Positions 1-13,372 of a stretch of 64,000 nucleotides of DNA are shown in pieces. The stretch's first letter is position 1; each line of letters starts with the position of its first letter. Origin of the DNA: Octopus vulgaris (lineage: Eukaryota); assembly GCA_951406725.2 (NCBI GenBank), contig OX597823.1:80910001-80974000 (forward strand), read 5' to 3'. A program made the translations under genes and the position numbers. The notes under the pieces are model-generated. The model saw only the letters and a list, made by a program, of their open reading frames with translations. It ran no database searches and was not told where the DNA came from.

Positions 1-157
1 TTTATTCTACGCATATTCTTCCTTGTATCAAGTTAGAGGAGTTTAATACCTCTAAGGGATAATCAAATCCAAAGCCGCTCCTGGCTATTAGCTGGGTAGG
101 TACAGTCTTTTGTAAGATTGTAAGCAAGTGGTTCAGTTGATAAACTGGAGTTTAGGT

Positions 158-371
158 TATATAAGAGAAGAAAGTGGATATAATAACAATGGGAGACTTG
201 TGGATTACGCTGGAATGCTTTTAATTAAATAGGTAACAGAAAATTAAGAAGCAGAGATGAGGATGGCATTTACGCTGCTTCTTAATTTTCTGTTACCTAT
301 TTAATTAAAGAGATGCCAGTGTAATCCACAAGTCTCCCATTGTTATTATATCCATTTTCTTCTCTTATATA
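158..371. repeat. Near-perfect inverted repeat (arms about 95 bp, 20-nt spacer)
   Basis: ...taggtaacagaaaattaagaagcag / ctgcttcttaattttctgttaccta... Confidence 0.85.
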
Positions 372-546
372 TTCTTCCTTGTATTCCTAATTTTAAATCT
401 CAGTTTCTAATCCCACCTTATGTTATGAGGGAATGGTTATTTCCCTTATATTAGTGGCTACAACCAAAGGGCACCACAAGTATTTAGGTTAATATTTTTA
501 AGATTGCCTCAAAGATATATTATTTACAATTATGTTATTTTTACAG

Positions 547-596
547 ATTCTGTAGTGGTGGAATATGGCAAAGTAAGAAAATTAAAGACTGTCCAG
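547..596 (+). CDS. Exon: end of VWC/E-like module ([16 protein letters not shown])
   Basis: ttacag|...ccag|gtat; phase 2-1; joins in frame to [10 protein letters not shown]. Confidence 0.75.
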
Positions 597-1372
597 GTAT
601 ATCCTCATTACTGCCTTTACATCATTGCATCAGTTTCATCATTATCAAATTCATCATTTATTTGTCTGTTCCTTTAGATTGAATCAGAGCTCACTTCTGT
701 CTTTTTGTCAGTTTACTAGTTTTCATATAAATAAGTTCAATCCAAAAGTACAATGCACCTACTTTAAAGACACATCAAAGATTTAAGTGTGCTCTCAGTA
801 ACCTAGAAATTGATGTAAATCTCCACCTTTATTAACTTTTTCCCCAGTATAGCTGTAGTTTAATGACTGAAGCAAGTAAACAAAAAAAAAAGGGAATTAA
901 ATTTTGATTTGTGAGTTCAAGGCTTAATTGTGGTTGAAGAAAGGTTTATTTTTGAAATATGTTCAGAGAAAGAAAAGGTGTGCCTATTATTTTACAAAAC
1001 TCTCAGACTATGATATAGAAACAGCTAGAATATATGTAGGCTTATGTTACCAGGAAAAACATAGGTGGAAGTGAATACTTGATGTTTACAGTTCAGAGAA
1101 AACTTTTGCATTTTTGTTTTTTCCTTCATTTTTAACTCTAAAACTTCAAGTCTATGAAAATATTTATTGATATGCTGATAAACTTTTACTATTATCATTG
1201 TGCAGGTGGCACGTAAAAAGCACCCACTACACTCGCGGAGTGGTTGGCGTTAGGAAGGGCATCCAGCTGTAGAAACACTGCCAGATCAGACTGGAGCCTG
1301 GTGCAGCCCTTGGCTTCCCAGACCCCAGTCGAACCGTCCAACCCATGCCAGCATGGAAGACGGACGTTAAAC

Positions 1373-1403
<31 letters not shown>

Positions 1404-3836
1404 GTCTTTTCTTTTTTTTTTCAGCTGTTTGTTGGGCATCAGGAGATCCTCACTACAAAACATTTGATGGCAAACATTTTTCTTTCATGGGAGACTGTTC
1501 TTACACATTGGCTCAAGCTAAGGATAAAAGCTTTTCTATTACCGTCCGAAATGTAAAATGTGGTTCATATGGAGTCACTTGTACAAAGGAAGTTTATATT
1601 GCAATCCTTGGAAATTTTATTCATTTAGTTATGGGTAAAACTCCTACAATTAATGATGTTCAGATACCAGCATCGGGTTATAAAGGAACTGGACTTGAAA
1701 TCAGATATGCTGGTCTATTCTTAGTTGTATTCTCAAATCATGGACTAACTGTTTTATGGGACTTTGGTATGTTTTATATTTGTTTCTTATTATATAATAC
1801 TAATTTATATATGGTTTATAATTTGTTCGTACCAAAATACAGAAAGTAAACTAGATATAAAATATAGAAAATTTCATATTAAAATAGGCTCAAGCATGGC
1901 TGTATGAGTAAGAAGCTTACTTTGCAACCAAGTAATTTCAGGTTCAGTCCCACTGCATAGTACCTAGGGTAAGTTTCTTCCAGTTTCTGTCTACTTTACT
2001 TAGATGGAATAAATACTCTCTCTCTCTAATCAGGATCTAAATTGATTAATTCTGAAGAAGATACTATTTCTGTTGATCTTCTAAAACAATTTGGTGGTTA
2101 TATATCATTAGAGAAAACATAATGGCTTCCAATAACTCGAGGATTATCATTTTGACTTAACTGAATATCATCTCACCAAAGTTGAAACTGTCTCTGGTTT
2201 TTCAATCAGACTTCTTGAAATAGCAGTGAAATCTCATGAAATTACTTTCTGTAATCTTGCAAAGGAAGAGACACATGGATAATTTAGTCTTAGATACATG
2301 ATACTCAAGAGGAGCCTGAGATGGTCAGTATTGAAAGTCTTTAGCCATACCACTCAATGAAACCTGATCTATAGCTAAACAACATCAGTAGCCCCAACTA
2401 AAGAGCTTGTTAAGTGATTGCAATAAAACGTTGTCTCTTGAGAATAGATTACTAGTTTCTTTTAAAGCTTGTTAATGTATTCACATTCCACAACATCAGG
2501 AGCCTCAAAGTATCTTCAAGCTTTTTTTCTCCAGTGACCTTTCCTCCCTTGCACACATTTGTATGCATATTTCCTGGCATGATATTGAAAGTGTTTGATA
2601 TAATTAATATGTCTTTGAGTTCAAATGCTAACGAGGTCAACTTTGTCTTTCATCCTTTTGGGGGTCAATAAAATAAGTAACTGTCACAGACTGGGGTCGA
2701 TGTAATCGACTGGCTTCCTCCTGCAAAATTTCAAGCCTTGGTGCCTGCCTATAGTAGAAACACTCTGTAATAATAAACACAAAATTCTGTCTGTCCATCC
2801 ATCTAGGACCCCTGTATCTCAATCTACATTTGCTCTATATTGACATATCATACCTTCTTTGGAATCAGGCTAATCCCAGGATTGAAAATCTGCCCTTCAT
2901 TTGGTTCAGATCATCCAGCAGTGGGATTAGGTCTGGATGAGTATTTGTTACATAGTAACAGTTGAAAATTCAAATTTTAAAAGAACTCCCAAGATTTGTA
3001 AACTTACAAGTTTTCCATTTAAACTGAATTTATAGAAATACCATATTGGTAGGGTACCAATAAATGCTTTATTATTATTGCTTTCTTTAGTTTTGGGCTA
3101 CAGGCTCAATTAGCCCTCCTCAGGAGCCAGCTCAAAAGTCTGCATGGAGTACAGCTTTTAGGCTAGTTATAAATATTGGGTTGTCATCTTCTTTGAAGTT
3201 ACTTAGAAGAGGTTCCTGAAACTTCACCTTGTCTAATTTATACTGGTAGAGAAGATCTAATTACTTTTATGATACTAATCAATATAACATGCATTTTAAA
3301 TCCAATCATTCACTTAAATAGATCAATTAAACAATATCACTCTTTTGTTTTACAATGGTTGCACTTCAGTATCAAAATTATTTGTTACAAAGAATTTCCA
3401 CATATGCACATGTACACTTACAAGCACATGCACGTGTGTGTGTGTGTGTGCGCACGCACGCATGTGTGTGTGCATATATATATATATAAGAGAGAGAGTG
3501 TTATATTAAATCTCTGAGCGAGATATAAACAGCAGCAGTATGGAACCATAACATATTTGCCAACTGTGGTGTCCTATGCAGGACAGTGCTACTGATGTTT
3601 ATAGCCCCAGAAAGACATCTCCTCCAGCTGGCTAACGACATACATTCTGTGTCCAATTAGTATTTGTAAGGGGAGGTCATTGCTCCCATCTCTAGCCTTA
3701 TGTGATACACATGGACTCGAGTTTCTCGGTTACCCATCCTCAGCATGTGTTAATCACCAGCTAATGATGGAAGCTCATTCCACTCGCAAATTATTATATA
3801 TTTTTCTATATGTATGTATGTATGATGTGTGTGTGC

Positions 3837-3873
<37 letters not shown>

Positions 3874-3897
3874 TATTTATATATATATATATAAATA

Positions 3898-3954
<57 letters not shown>

Positions 3955-6900
3955 AGGGGATATAGTCAGAAAAACACAGTAAATGAAATGTAAAAGATAT
4001 ATAATTTATATAATATATCACTTCAAAGCAATCTCATTATCTTTCCTCTTTTCAAGTAATTAGTTTTAAGACAGATGGCATTTATATATAAATGATATAA
4101 TATATGCACACACTCACAGACAGACAGACAGACAGACAGATAGATAGATAGGTAGATAGAAATATAGATAGATAGATAGTTAGATATACATATATATACA
4201 TATGTAAATCTATCTATCTGTCTGTCTGTTTGTCTGTGCATATATTATATCATTTATATATGAATGCCATCTGTCTTAAAATTACTTGAAAAGAGGAAAG
4301 ATAATGAGATTGCTTTGAAGTGATGAAAAGTATACTTATATTCTGATATCACTCATAACTGACAGATAGATAGATTTACATATGTATATATATGTATATC
4401 TAACTATCTATCTATCTATATTTCTATTTACCTATCTATCTATCTGTCTGTCTGTCTGTGAGTGTGTGCATATATTATATCATTTATATATAAATGCCAT
4501 CTGTCTTAAAACTAATTACTTGAAAAGAGGAAAGATAATGAGATTGCTTTGAAGTGATGAAAAGTGTACTTATATTCTGATACGACTCATAACTCATCTT
4601 TAACATTTCATTTACTGTGTTTTTGTGACTATGTCCTCTCCTTACTACCAATATTTTAACAAGCTAAGTGCGTTTATAATAGCATCCGCAACAGAGCAAT
4701 TGGTAAACTAGATTAAGACCCTCCATATGAAAATAATATTTATCTGTTGTGCCTCAGAGGTCAATTTTGCCTTTCATCCTTTTGGAGTTGATAAAATAAG
4801 TACCAGTCATGCATTGGAGTCAACACAATCGACTTACTCCCCACCCCCGGAAATTCCTGGCCTTCTGCCACAATTTGAACTCAATATTATCTGTTGATGT
4901 TTGTTTTATATTTTGTAGGAACTCGTGTTTATGTTCAAATATCTGAACAATGGAAAGGCAAAATGGAAGGCCTGTGTGGTGACTATGATTCCAATTCTGA
5001 GAATGACTTTCGTTCAAGATATAATTCACTTGAAACTATGGCCTCAAGTTTTGCTCATAGCTGGAAACTGTATAATTGTCCCCTTGTTCCTCAGAATGGG
5101 CCTCACAATAATTTAATGCCATGTCAGGTTTGTAAATATCATGCAGTTTCTTTGATTTTATTTCATTTTGTCCAAGTAAATTCTCAATATATTTAACATT
5201 GTTTGCGCCTACTTTAAGTCACATTGTTAAAAAGAATTTCTTTTAATACATCTCTAAAAGTTTCTAAACTCTCAAGCAGCCTTTGACTTTTTCCACTCAG
5301 GGTTTTTCGGCCTAATATTCAACTCACTGTTATTTGTAGCTTTATCTATTTTTAATTCCACCATTAAAAGTTATTTAATGGTGGAATTTATGTTGTAAAT
5401 CCTTACAACATAAATGACAAGCAATCCTTGCTGGTAAGAACAAAGCTCATAAAATGGTTGGAGAAAATTTGAAGGGTTGCATAGATATCATGGTAGAATG
5501 TCTGTAACATTTACAGAAGATATAGGTTCAATTCCCACAGACAGCATTTGACTTTTCCCACCCAAAGATCTTTTAAACACAATATTCGACACATTACTAT
5601 TTATAGTTTTATCTACTGTGAGTTCTACAGTTAAAAATGTTTTATTTCATGCGTAATATGTTTTGTAAGGCATAATGTTTTAAAGAGCTTACAAAATAAC
5701 GTGAAGTACTCTTTTTGTTGAGTTAAATCTGAAAGTAAAAAAGGGTCTTTCTTTTATCTCTGATCAAGTGTAGAGGCGTAAGATATTAAACTATAAGTGC
5801 ATATCAGTTAATACCCACTGCAATAGTTATGCACTCAAGGTCCATAAGACCAGCACCTTGCCTAAAAGATTATTTGATTATTTCAAGCATTGTGCTTTTG
5901 GCCAAGACATCCAATTACACATGTATCAACTAATCTAGATCTTCCTGGGTAGGAAAAGTCAAATGCTGTTTGTTGGACTTGAACCTACATCTGTAAAAAT
6001 TACAGAAATTCTACCATGATATCAAAGAAACCCTTCAAATTTTCTCCAACCATTTTATGGGCTTTGTTCTTAACAAGAATTGCTTGTGGTTTATGTTGTA
6101 AGGAAGATCTAAATTAGTTGAGAGAGTAACTGTCAATCTACTGGGAGATTTATACTTCATTTAATGAATCCTAAAGATTGCAGAAACATTTTTTTAGTAT
6201 CATAATTCATTACTGGAAACTACTAATATTGCTGATGACAAAAGAATGAAACACATTACTAGGTAACCATAAGAGATCATAGAAGGTGCAAAGGAAAACC
6301 ACAAAGGATATTTGAAGTTTCTTTTTGTACAGCAAGTAATGTCTTTATTATAACCACCTACAGATTCTTCCTCCTGGACATCTTACTACCATTTCTGTCT
6401 TGAATTAAAATATCTAAAATAATTTAATTTTTTTAAAAATCTAAAATATTTAATTTAAATAATTTAATTTTAAAAGAATTTAAATATCTAAAATAAAATT
6501 TTTAGATTTTGACATTGTTAAGAAAAATGTTTGTATATTTTTAAATTTAGGACATGTTATATTATTTTATATATTTTACATCAATTCTGCATTGTTTTAT
6601 CATCCTTAGCAAAATGTAGAACATTTAATTTGGGCTGAAGAGAAATGTAAAATCATATTGTCAGGATTAATATTTGAAAGATGTAGAAATGTCCTTCCTT
6701 CAACAATTGTTAAAAAATATTATGATGACTGTCTAAATGATGCATGTGGGTAAGTTTAATTTAATTGTTACTTTAACAAATCTCTTTCAATTACATTAAT
6801 TTTTTTCTAAAAGTAAAAACAAACAATTTCAAGAAGTTAATTACCTCACCACCCTCTCTTCTAAAATGAAAGTAGCCTTGTAGCCCCTCATCAGCAAAAA

Positions 6901-8847
6901 ACCCATCCTGGTCTAAATTTGTTCCCGATACTTTTAATCTCTCATGAAATCACCTCACTTGGAGTTTGTAGTCTTGCAAGGTGCATGGTGACCTCAATAG
7001 TGCTGCTGGGACATAAAAAGAACCTAGTACATTTCTAAAGTGGTAGGTGATAGGAAGGGCACCCAACCATAGGAACAATATCAATATAGAGAGTAGAACA
7101 CTATCCTTGGGCCTATCAGGCCCTTTCAAGCCATCCAAATCAAACTCATGGTGCCATCGAACAAGGATATATACATACATACATACATACATACACACAC
7201 ACACATACACATACATACATATATGCATGCATGCATGCATACATACGTACATACACACACACATACACACACACACACACATACATACATACATACATAC
7301 ATATATGTCAGTAAATAGTGGGGTTGTGTTATATATATATGCTCTCCCTGCCTTGGGTCTTAAATACCATAACTGTTGATGGGAGAAGTAGGAGCACTGA
7401 CATGACATCAAACATATCTGGTGGAGCTCATCTTTCTCAAAATCTAAAATGCAGCCAATTTCTTCAACAAGAGAAAGAAAGAGAGAGAGAGAGAAGGAGA
7501 AAGATAGAGAGAGAGAGGAAATTATTCTAATGCCAGACTGATACTATACATATATAAAATAGTTTCTTTAATGTTTTTTTTAATATGTTACTATTTAAAA
7601 TTTTATAAAGATGTTTCTTTGTTATTGAGAACCTCATTAAACATTAAGTGAATATAGATGAAAAATAAAGAAAATTTTCCCACTTTGAAACTTATAATTT
7701 AAAAATTCAAAATTGATTTTAAAAATTATTTAAAAATTAATTCCAAATCAAATATCAAATTATTTACTTTATATAATACACTAGCAGTATCGCCCGGCGT
7801 TGCTCGGGTTTGTAAGGGAAATAACTATATAAGCATTTTTAGAGAGTTACTTCCCTTATAGATGCCAATTCGGGCTTTCTTAGCCATTTCTGTTTTGGTG
7901 TCTTCAAGCCATGAAGTCGTTGTTCTAAAAGAACGCTGGTCTCCTTGACAACGCTTTACGACGTTGATTTCCTTACACTCCCTTCCCCACAGCTTCACGA
8001 GGGAGGGAAGAAGGGGGAGAAGCAAACGGGTGCAGGTGTGGCCATGGACGCCAACTCCACCGCCATCGACACACGAAAAATTATGCATTAAAATGGAATA
8101 AAAAATGATGTTAAATTATTTTTTAAATCGTAGACTCATCGTAGACGCGCGCTAATACTCAGACGGGCTCGATATGAATCACGACTATAAGATACCCGAA
8201 TTTGGTTAAACTGCACCGCAAAATGTGGGAGTAGTTAGGAATCTAAATCGAAGGGGACAGACACTCACACAACTACAGTTTTATATATATAGATTTACTA
8301 CATAAAATGTTATTTGAACCATCTTAGCTAAATAATTAATTAATTCTAATAAATTAGTAGTTAATCCTTTAGCATTCAGATTACTCTGGTAAATGTAATA
8401 ATGGTTATTTATTATATTGTTTTGAATTAATTATGCATTATCTCATAGCTGTGAGAAATCAATGATGTGAGTGTCTGTATTTAGAATGATATTGCGGGGT
8501 AGGTATGAAAGGCTGGTTCTGATCAGTTTAAATGTAAAATTAGAAGAATAGTTTGGTGGGATATAGTCTGTTGAAATATTAAAAGGTTAAAACATATGAT
8601 TTCTTTCCAGTTGTGACAATGGCAGAGGTGGTGATTGTCTGTGCACTGCTATTGCAAACTTTGCCACAGAATGTACTTTTCTTGGAGTTCCTACAAGATG
8701 GCGGACTCAATCACTTTGTCGTAAGTACTGTGTGAAAAATTATTGAAATGTAAAAACAACTTAAATTTTTAATTCATTTTTGATGTTAAAAATAATTTTA
8801 CTGGAATATACACACACACAAACACTATCTATCTATCTATCTATCCG

Positions 8848-8881
<34 letters not shown>

Positions 8882-9129
8882 CGTCTATCCATCCATCCCT
8901 CCCTCTATCCATCCATCCCTCCCTCCCTCCATCCATCCATCCTTCCCTCCATCCATCCATCCATCCATACATACATACATACATGCATACAGACATAGGT
9001 ATGTATGTATATATTTTTATATGTGTGTATGTAGGTATGTATATGTATCTATATATATATATGTAAATATATTTATGTATGTATATATATTCAAGTACAT
9101 ATATGAATGTGTGTGCACATGCATGTGTA

Positions 9130-9163
<34 letters not shown>

Positions 9164-12100
9164 TGTGTGTGTGTGTGTGTGTGTGTGCATGTCTTTGTCC
9201 CCACACTGCTTGACAACTGGTCTTGGTTTGTTTACATTCAAGTAATTTGGCAAAAGAGACTGTGGAAAAAGAACCAGACTTAAAAACTAAGCACTGGGGT
9301 TGATTTGTTCAATGAAACTCTTGAAGGTGGTGCTCCAGAATGGCTACACTCCAATGACTGGAACAGGTAGAAAAAATAAATAAACAAGCAAATAAATATT
9401 GTTATGTAAGTGTATCTTCTGTTTGTTTCATTTCATTTTTCAGCATCTGTCTGTCTCTATCTGTCTGCCTGTTCTGTCTCTTTCTCTCTCCCCCATCTCT
9501 CTCTCAATTATCAGTTACCCATATGATCTTAAAAGAGTATAATTCTATATTTCATTATTTTGAAATGATTATTTTATAATCAATATAATACGTAATATAA
9601 TTTTCATTCTTTTGTAAATCCTCTTCTGCAGCAATCCAGTGTGACATAGGTTCAGTATATTTTGAATGTGGAAGTGCAAAACCAAAAACGTGCAATGATT
9701 TATCAGAAAAAAGAAATACCGAAATTGGTTCAGATTCAGCTCCTTGTGTTGAAGGTTGTTTTTGTCCACATGGTTATGCAATGGAAGGTAAAGTTTGTTA
9801 TGGCTTTCATATTTCTAAGAAATAAGATCAACTCTTTCAAATTTCATTAAGTAACTAAAAATCGAAATCATATTCAATGACTGGCACTCATGCCAGTGGA
9901 GCGCTAAGAGCACCATCCGAGTGTGATTGTTGCCAGAGCAGCTAACTGGCTTCCATGATGGTGGCATGTAAAAAGCAACATTCGGGCGTGTTGTTACCAG
10001 TGTCGCCTTACTGGCACTTGTGCTGGTGACACGAGAAAAAAACATTCGAGCGATGTTGTTGCCAGTGCCACTGGACTGGCTCCTGTGCTAGTGGCATGTA
10101 AAAAGCAACATTCGAGCGCGATTGTTACCAGTGTCACCTTACTGGCACTTGTGCTGGTGGCACGTGAAAAAAACATTCGAGCGAAGTGCTGCTGGACTAG
10201 CTCCTGTGCAGGTGGCATGTAAAAAACACCATTTGAGCGTGGCCGTTGCCAGTACTGCCTGACTGACCCTCATGCCGGTGGTACATAAAAGCACCCACTA
10301 CACTCTTGGAGTGGTTGGCGTTAGGAAGGGCATCCAGCTGTACAAACTCTGCCAGATCAAGATTGGAGCCTGGTGCAGCCATCTGGTTCACCAGTCCCCA
10401 GTCAAACTGTCCAACCCATGCTAGCATGGAAAGCGAACGTTTAACAATGATGATGATGATGAACTAACTGACAAAAATCTTTTAAGTTAGAATGTATAAG
10501 TTCATATAAACTGTGGCACCAATACAAATAGTAGCTTGGTTGTCTGGAATAAATAAGGCCACTACAAGCTGAATGTGAAAAGGTTTGAAAGAATAACCAT
10601 AGTACATTGTCCGTCATGTTGGTTAACAAGGGATGTTGTTCAAATCAAGGGACATTGTTCAGATCATACCTGCTGTTTGGAAAATATATTGTAGTTTCCA
10701 CTCAGTCTAAGTACAACCAGCAATAAGCCTGTGAGTTGTTCTGAGACACAAGAGATGGAACCACAAAGGATATATCTCCCCCAGGATCTTGAAGATGGTC
10801 CAGAAGGGAACAAAAGTTTGTGATTGGGAATGAAGAAAATATAATGACAGTTGCTAGTGTAATGATGATTGCTTCTGATTGGACCCTATAGGGGAAGGTG
10901 CCCGATGACTCTACCCCAATGACCTTCCCAGGAATACTGGACAGAGAAGATGAATGGAAGGATGCTTGTAAGAATATAATTTTGCTTACAATTTGAATGT
11001 ACTTACAATTTTGCTTATAATTTTAGAAAATGAATGTATACCTGAATCAGAATGCCCATGTTATCTTGGAATTGCTAAATATCCATCTGGAACTAAAGTT
11101 TCATTAGATCTGTGTACAGTTTGGTAAGTATACTTGAGAATAACAACACTCACTATAACTTATGATAATTGGTTAGATTAAAACTTATTTATTTGATTAA
11201 ATCTTTCAGAATAAGCTCTAGGCATTAGAAATTGATTTTATCTTTTGTGATGATTATAATTAATAGTAACAGCTATTGATTAATAATTCAAAATGGAAAC
11301 TTTTGAAACCAGAGAATTTATAATATAAAAGTAGCTAATATATCTTGTGTGTACGTATATATATATATATCATCAAGTAAATGTAAAAGTAAGCAAGTTG
11401 GGCAGGTCAAAATACAAAATATATTCTTTTCTACTCTAGGTACATGGCCTAAAATTTTGGGGGAGGGGGCTAGTCGATTTGATCGACCCCAGTATGCAAC
11501 TGGTACTTAATTTATCGACAGATGAAGGGCAAAATCGACCTCAGCAGAATCTGAATTCAGAATGTAGACAGACAAAATACCACTAAGCATTTCACCTGGC
11601 GTGCTACCGTTTCTGCCAGCACACCACCTTAAAAAAATACAAAGTATATTAGATACATAGGATACAAAAAATGTTCACAGAATAGAAATGATAGCAAAAA
11701 TTAAAGGGTTTGAAGAAAAGTATTACAAATCCAACAGCTGTTTCTGTGGGGGCTTGATGGTCCAATATAATGTTTGTAGAGTGATTCCATCATTGGATGG
11801 TGTTGACAAGATGAAGTTCAAAGATTGCAAAACTTGGATCATAGAAAATGATTCCCCATTCAAATAGTCAGTAGCTCCAAATATTGTTAATCTTCTTAAT
11901 CTCAGATATACTTCATTCTGGACATCTAGAATATTATTAATATCAAATCTTCCAATGCTAAAAGGCAAAAGTAAACATAAAAAGATTATAACTTTGTTAC
12001 TGTTTCTTTGAATCAAATGTCACTTTTGGAAACATTTTTTCATGATCAGAATTGCTGAAGCATGGAATAAATTAGCTGCATCAGTTGTTTACTGTCAGGA

Positions 12101-13309
12101 CACTACGACATCATTAAAAGCTTCCATGCTTCCCAAAATTCACCAGCAGTACATCTAATGCCCCACCTCCATCTTTTTTTTAAAACAACTAATTCACTGT
12201 TTATTCCCTGTGAATTATTTTATATACTGTTCACGCACTTTGCACTACTTTATTTAGTGAGCTGTAATGTACCTGAGCACTGTATACAATAAATTTATTA
12301 TTATATTATGTATAATATATATAATATATTATATATAATAATAGGCGCAGGAGTGGCCGTGTGGTAAGTAGCTTGCTTACCAACCACATGGTTCCAGGTT
12401 CAGTCCCAGTGCTTGGCACCTTGGTCAAGTGTCTTCTACTATAGCCTCGGGCTGACCAAAGCCTTGTGAGTGGATTTGGTAGACAGAAACTGAAAGAAGC
12501 CCATCGTTATGTAATTATATATGTGTATATGTTTGTGTGTCTGTGTTTGTCCCCCCAACATCACTTGACAACTGATGGTGGTGTGTTTACATCCCCGTAA
12601 CTTAGCAGTTCTGCAAAAGAGACCGATAGAATAAGTACTAGGCTTGCAAAGAATAAGTCCTGGGATTAATTTGCTCGACTAAAGGCAGTGCTCCAGCATG
12701 GCCACAGTCAAATGACTGAAACAAGTAAAAGAGTAAAAGAATATATAACTCTAGTGTGACTTTTTAACTTGTTCGCTTGTATTTTGCATAAACAACAATG
12801 ATATTGAATTAAACTCTCAATAAAAGAACCCCCAAAACCGCTCGTAACTATATTGGATCCAGTGTATTTTGAATGCCATTTCCTCTATATATTACATATA
12901 TTTCAGTACTTGTTATGGAGGAATCTTGGAATGTAGAAATAATACCTGCACTTGCCCTGAAGGACAGTTCCATTGCAGAAATAATGAATGTATTGACTCT
13001 AAAAAGATGTGTGATAAACATAAAGACTGTAAAGATGGATCGGATGAGTCATTGGATATCTGCAATGAAGGTTAGTCATCAGTTTGGATTTGAGAGTGAA
13101 AGCATCTTATTGTTCTTAGATATTTGGGTGCAGGCGTGGTTGTGTGGTTAAGAGACCTGCTTCCCAACCAAGTAACATTGGGTTCAATCTCACTATCTGG
13201 CACTTTGGGCAAGTATTTTCTTCAATAACCCCAAGATGACCAAAGCCTTGTAAATGGATTTGGTAAATGGAAACTGAAAGAAACTTGTCATGTGCATATT
13301 CATACATAC

Positions 13310-13372
<63 letters not shown>

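Noticed and set aside
9872-10290. CRISPR-like repeat-spacer appearance
   Set aside because: Eukaryotic context, intervening parts are homologous to each other, and the array sits within a dispersed retroelement.
11723-12016. 97-aa minus-strand ORF
   Set aside because: No recognisable motif or splice context; lies between repeats and is probably a decayed element.
12344-12420. tRNA genes at SINE heads
   Set aside because: A/B boxes continue into SINE bodies; no complete cloverleaf recognised.
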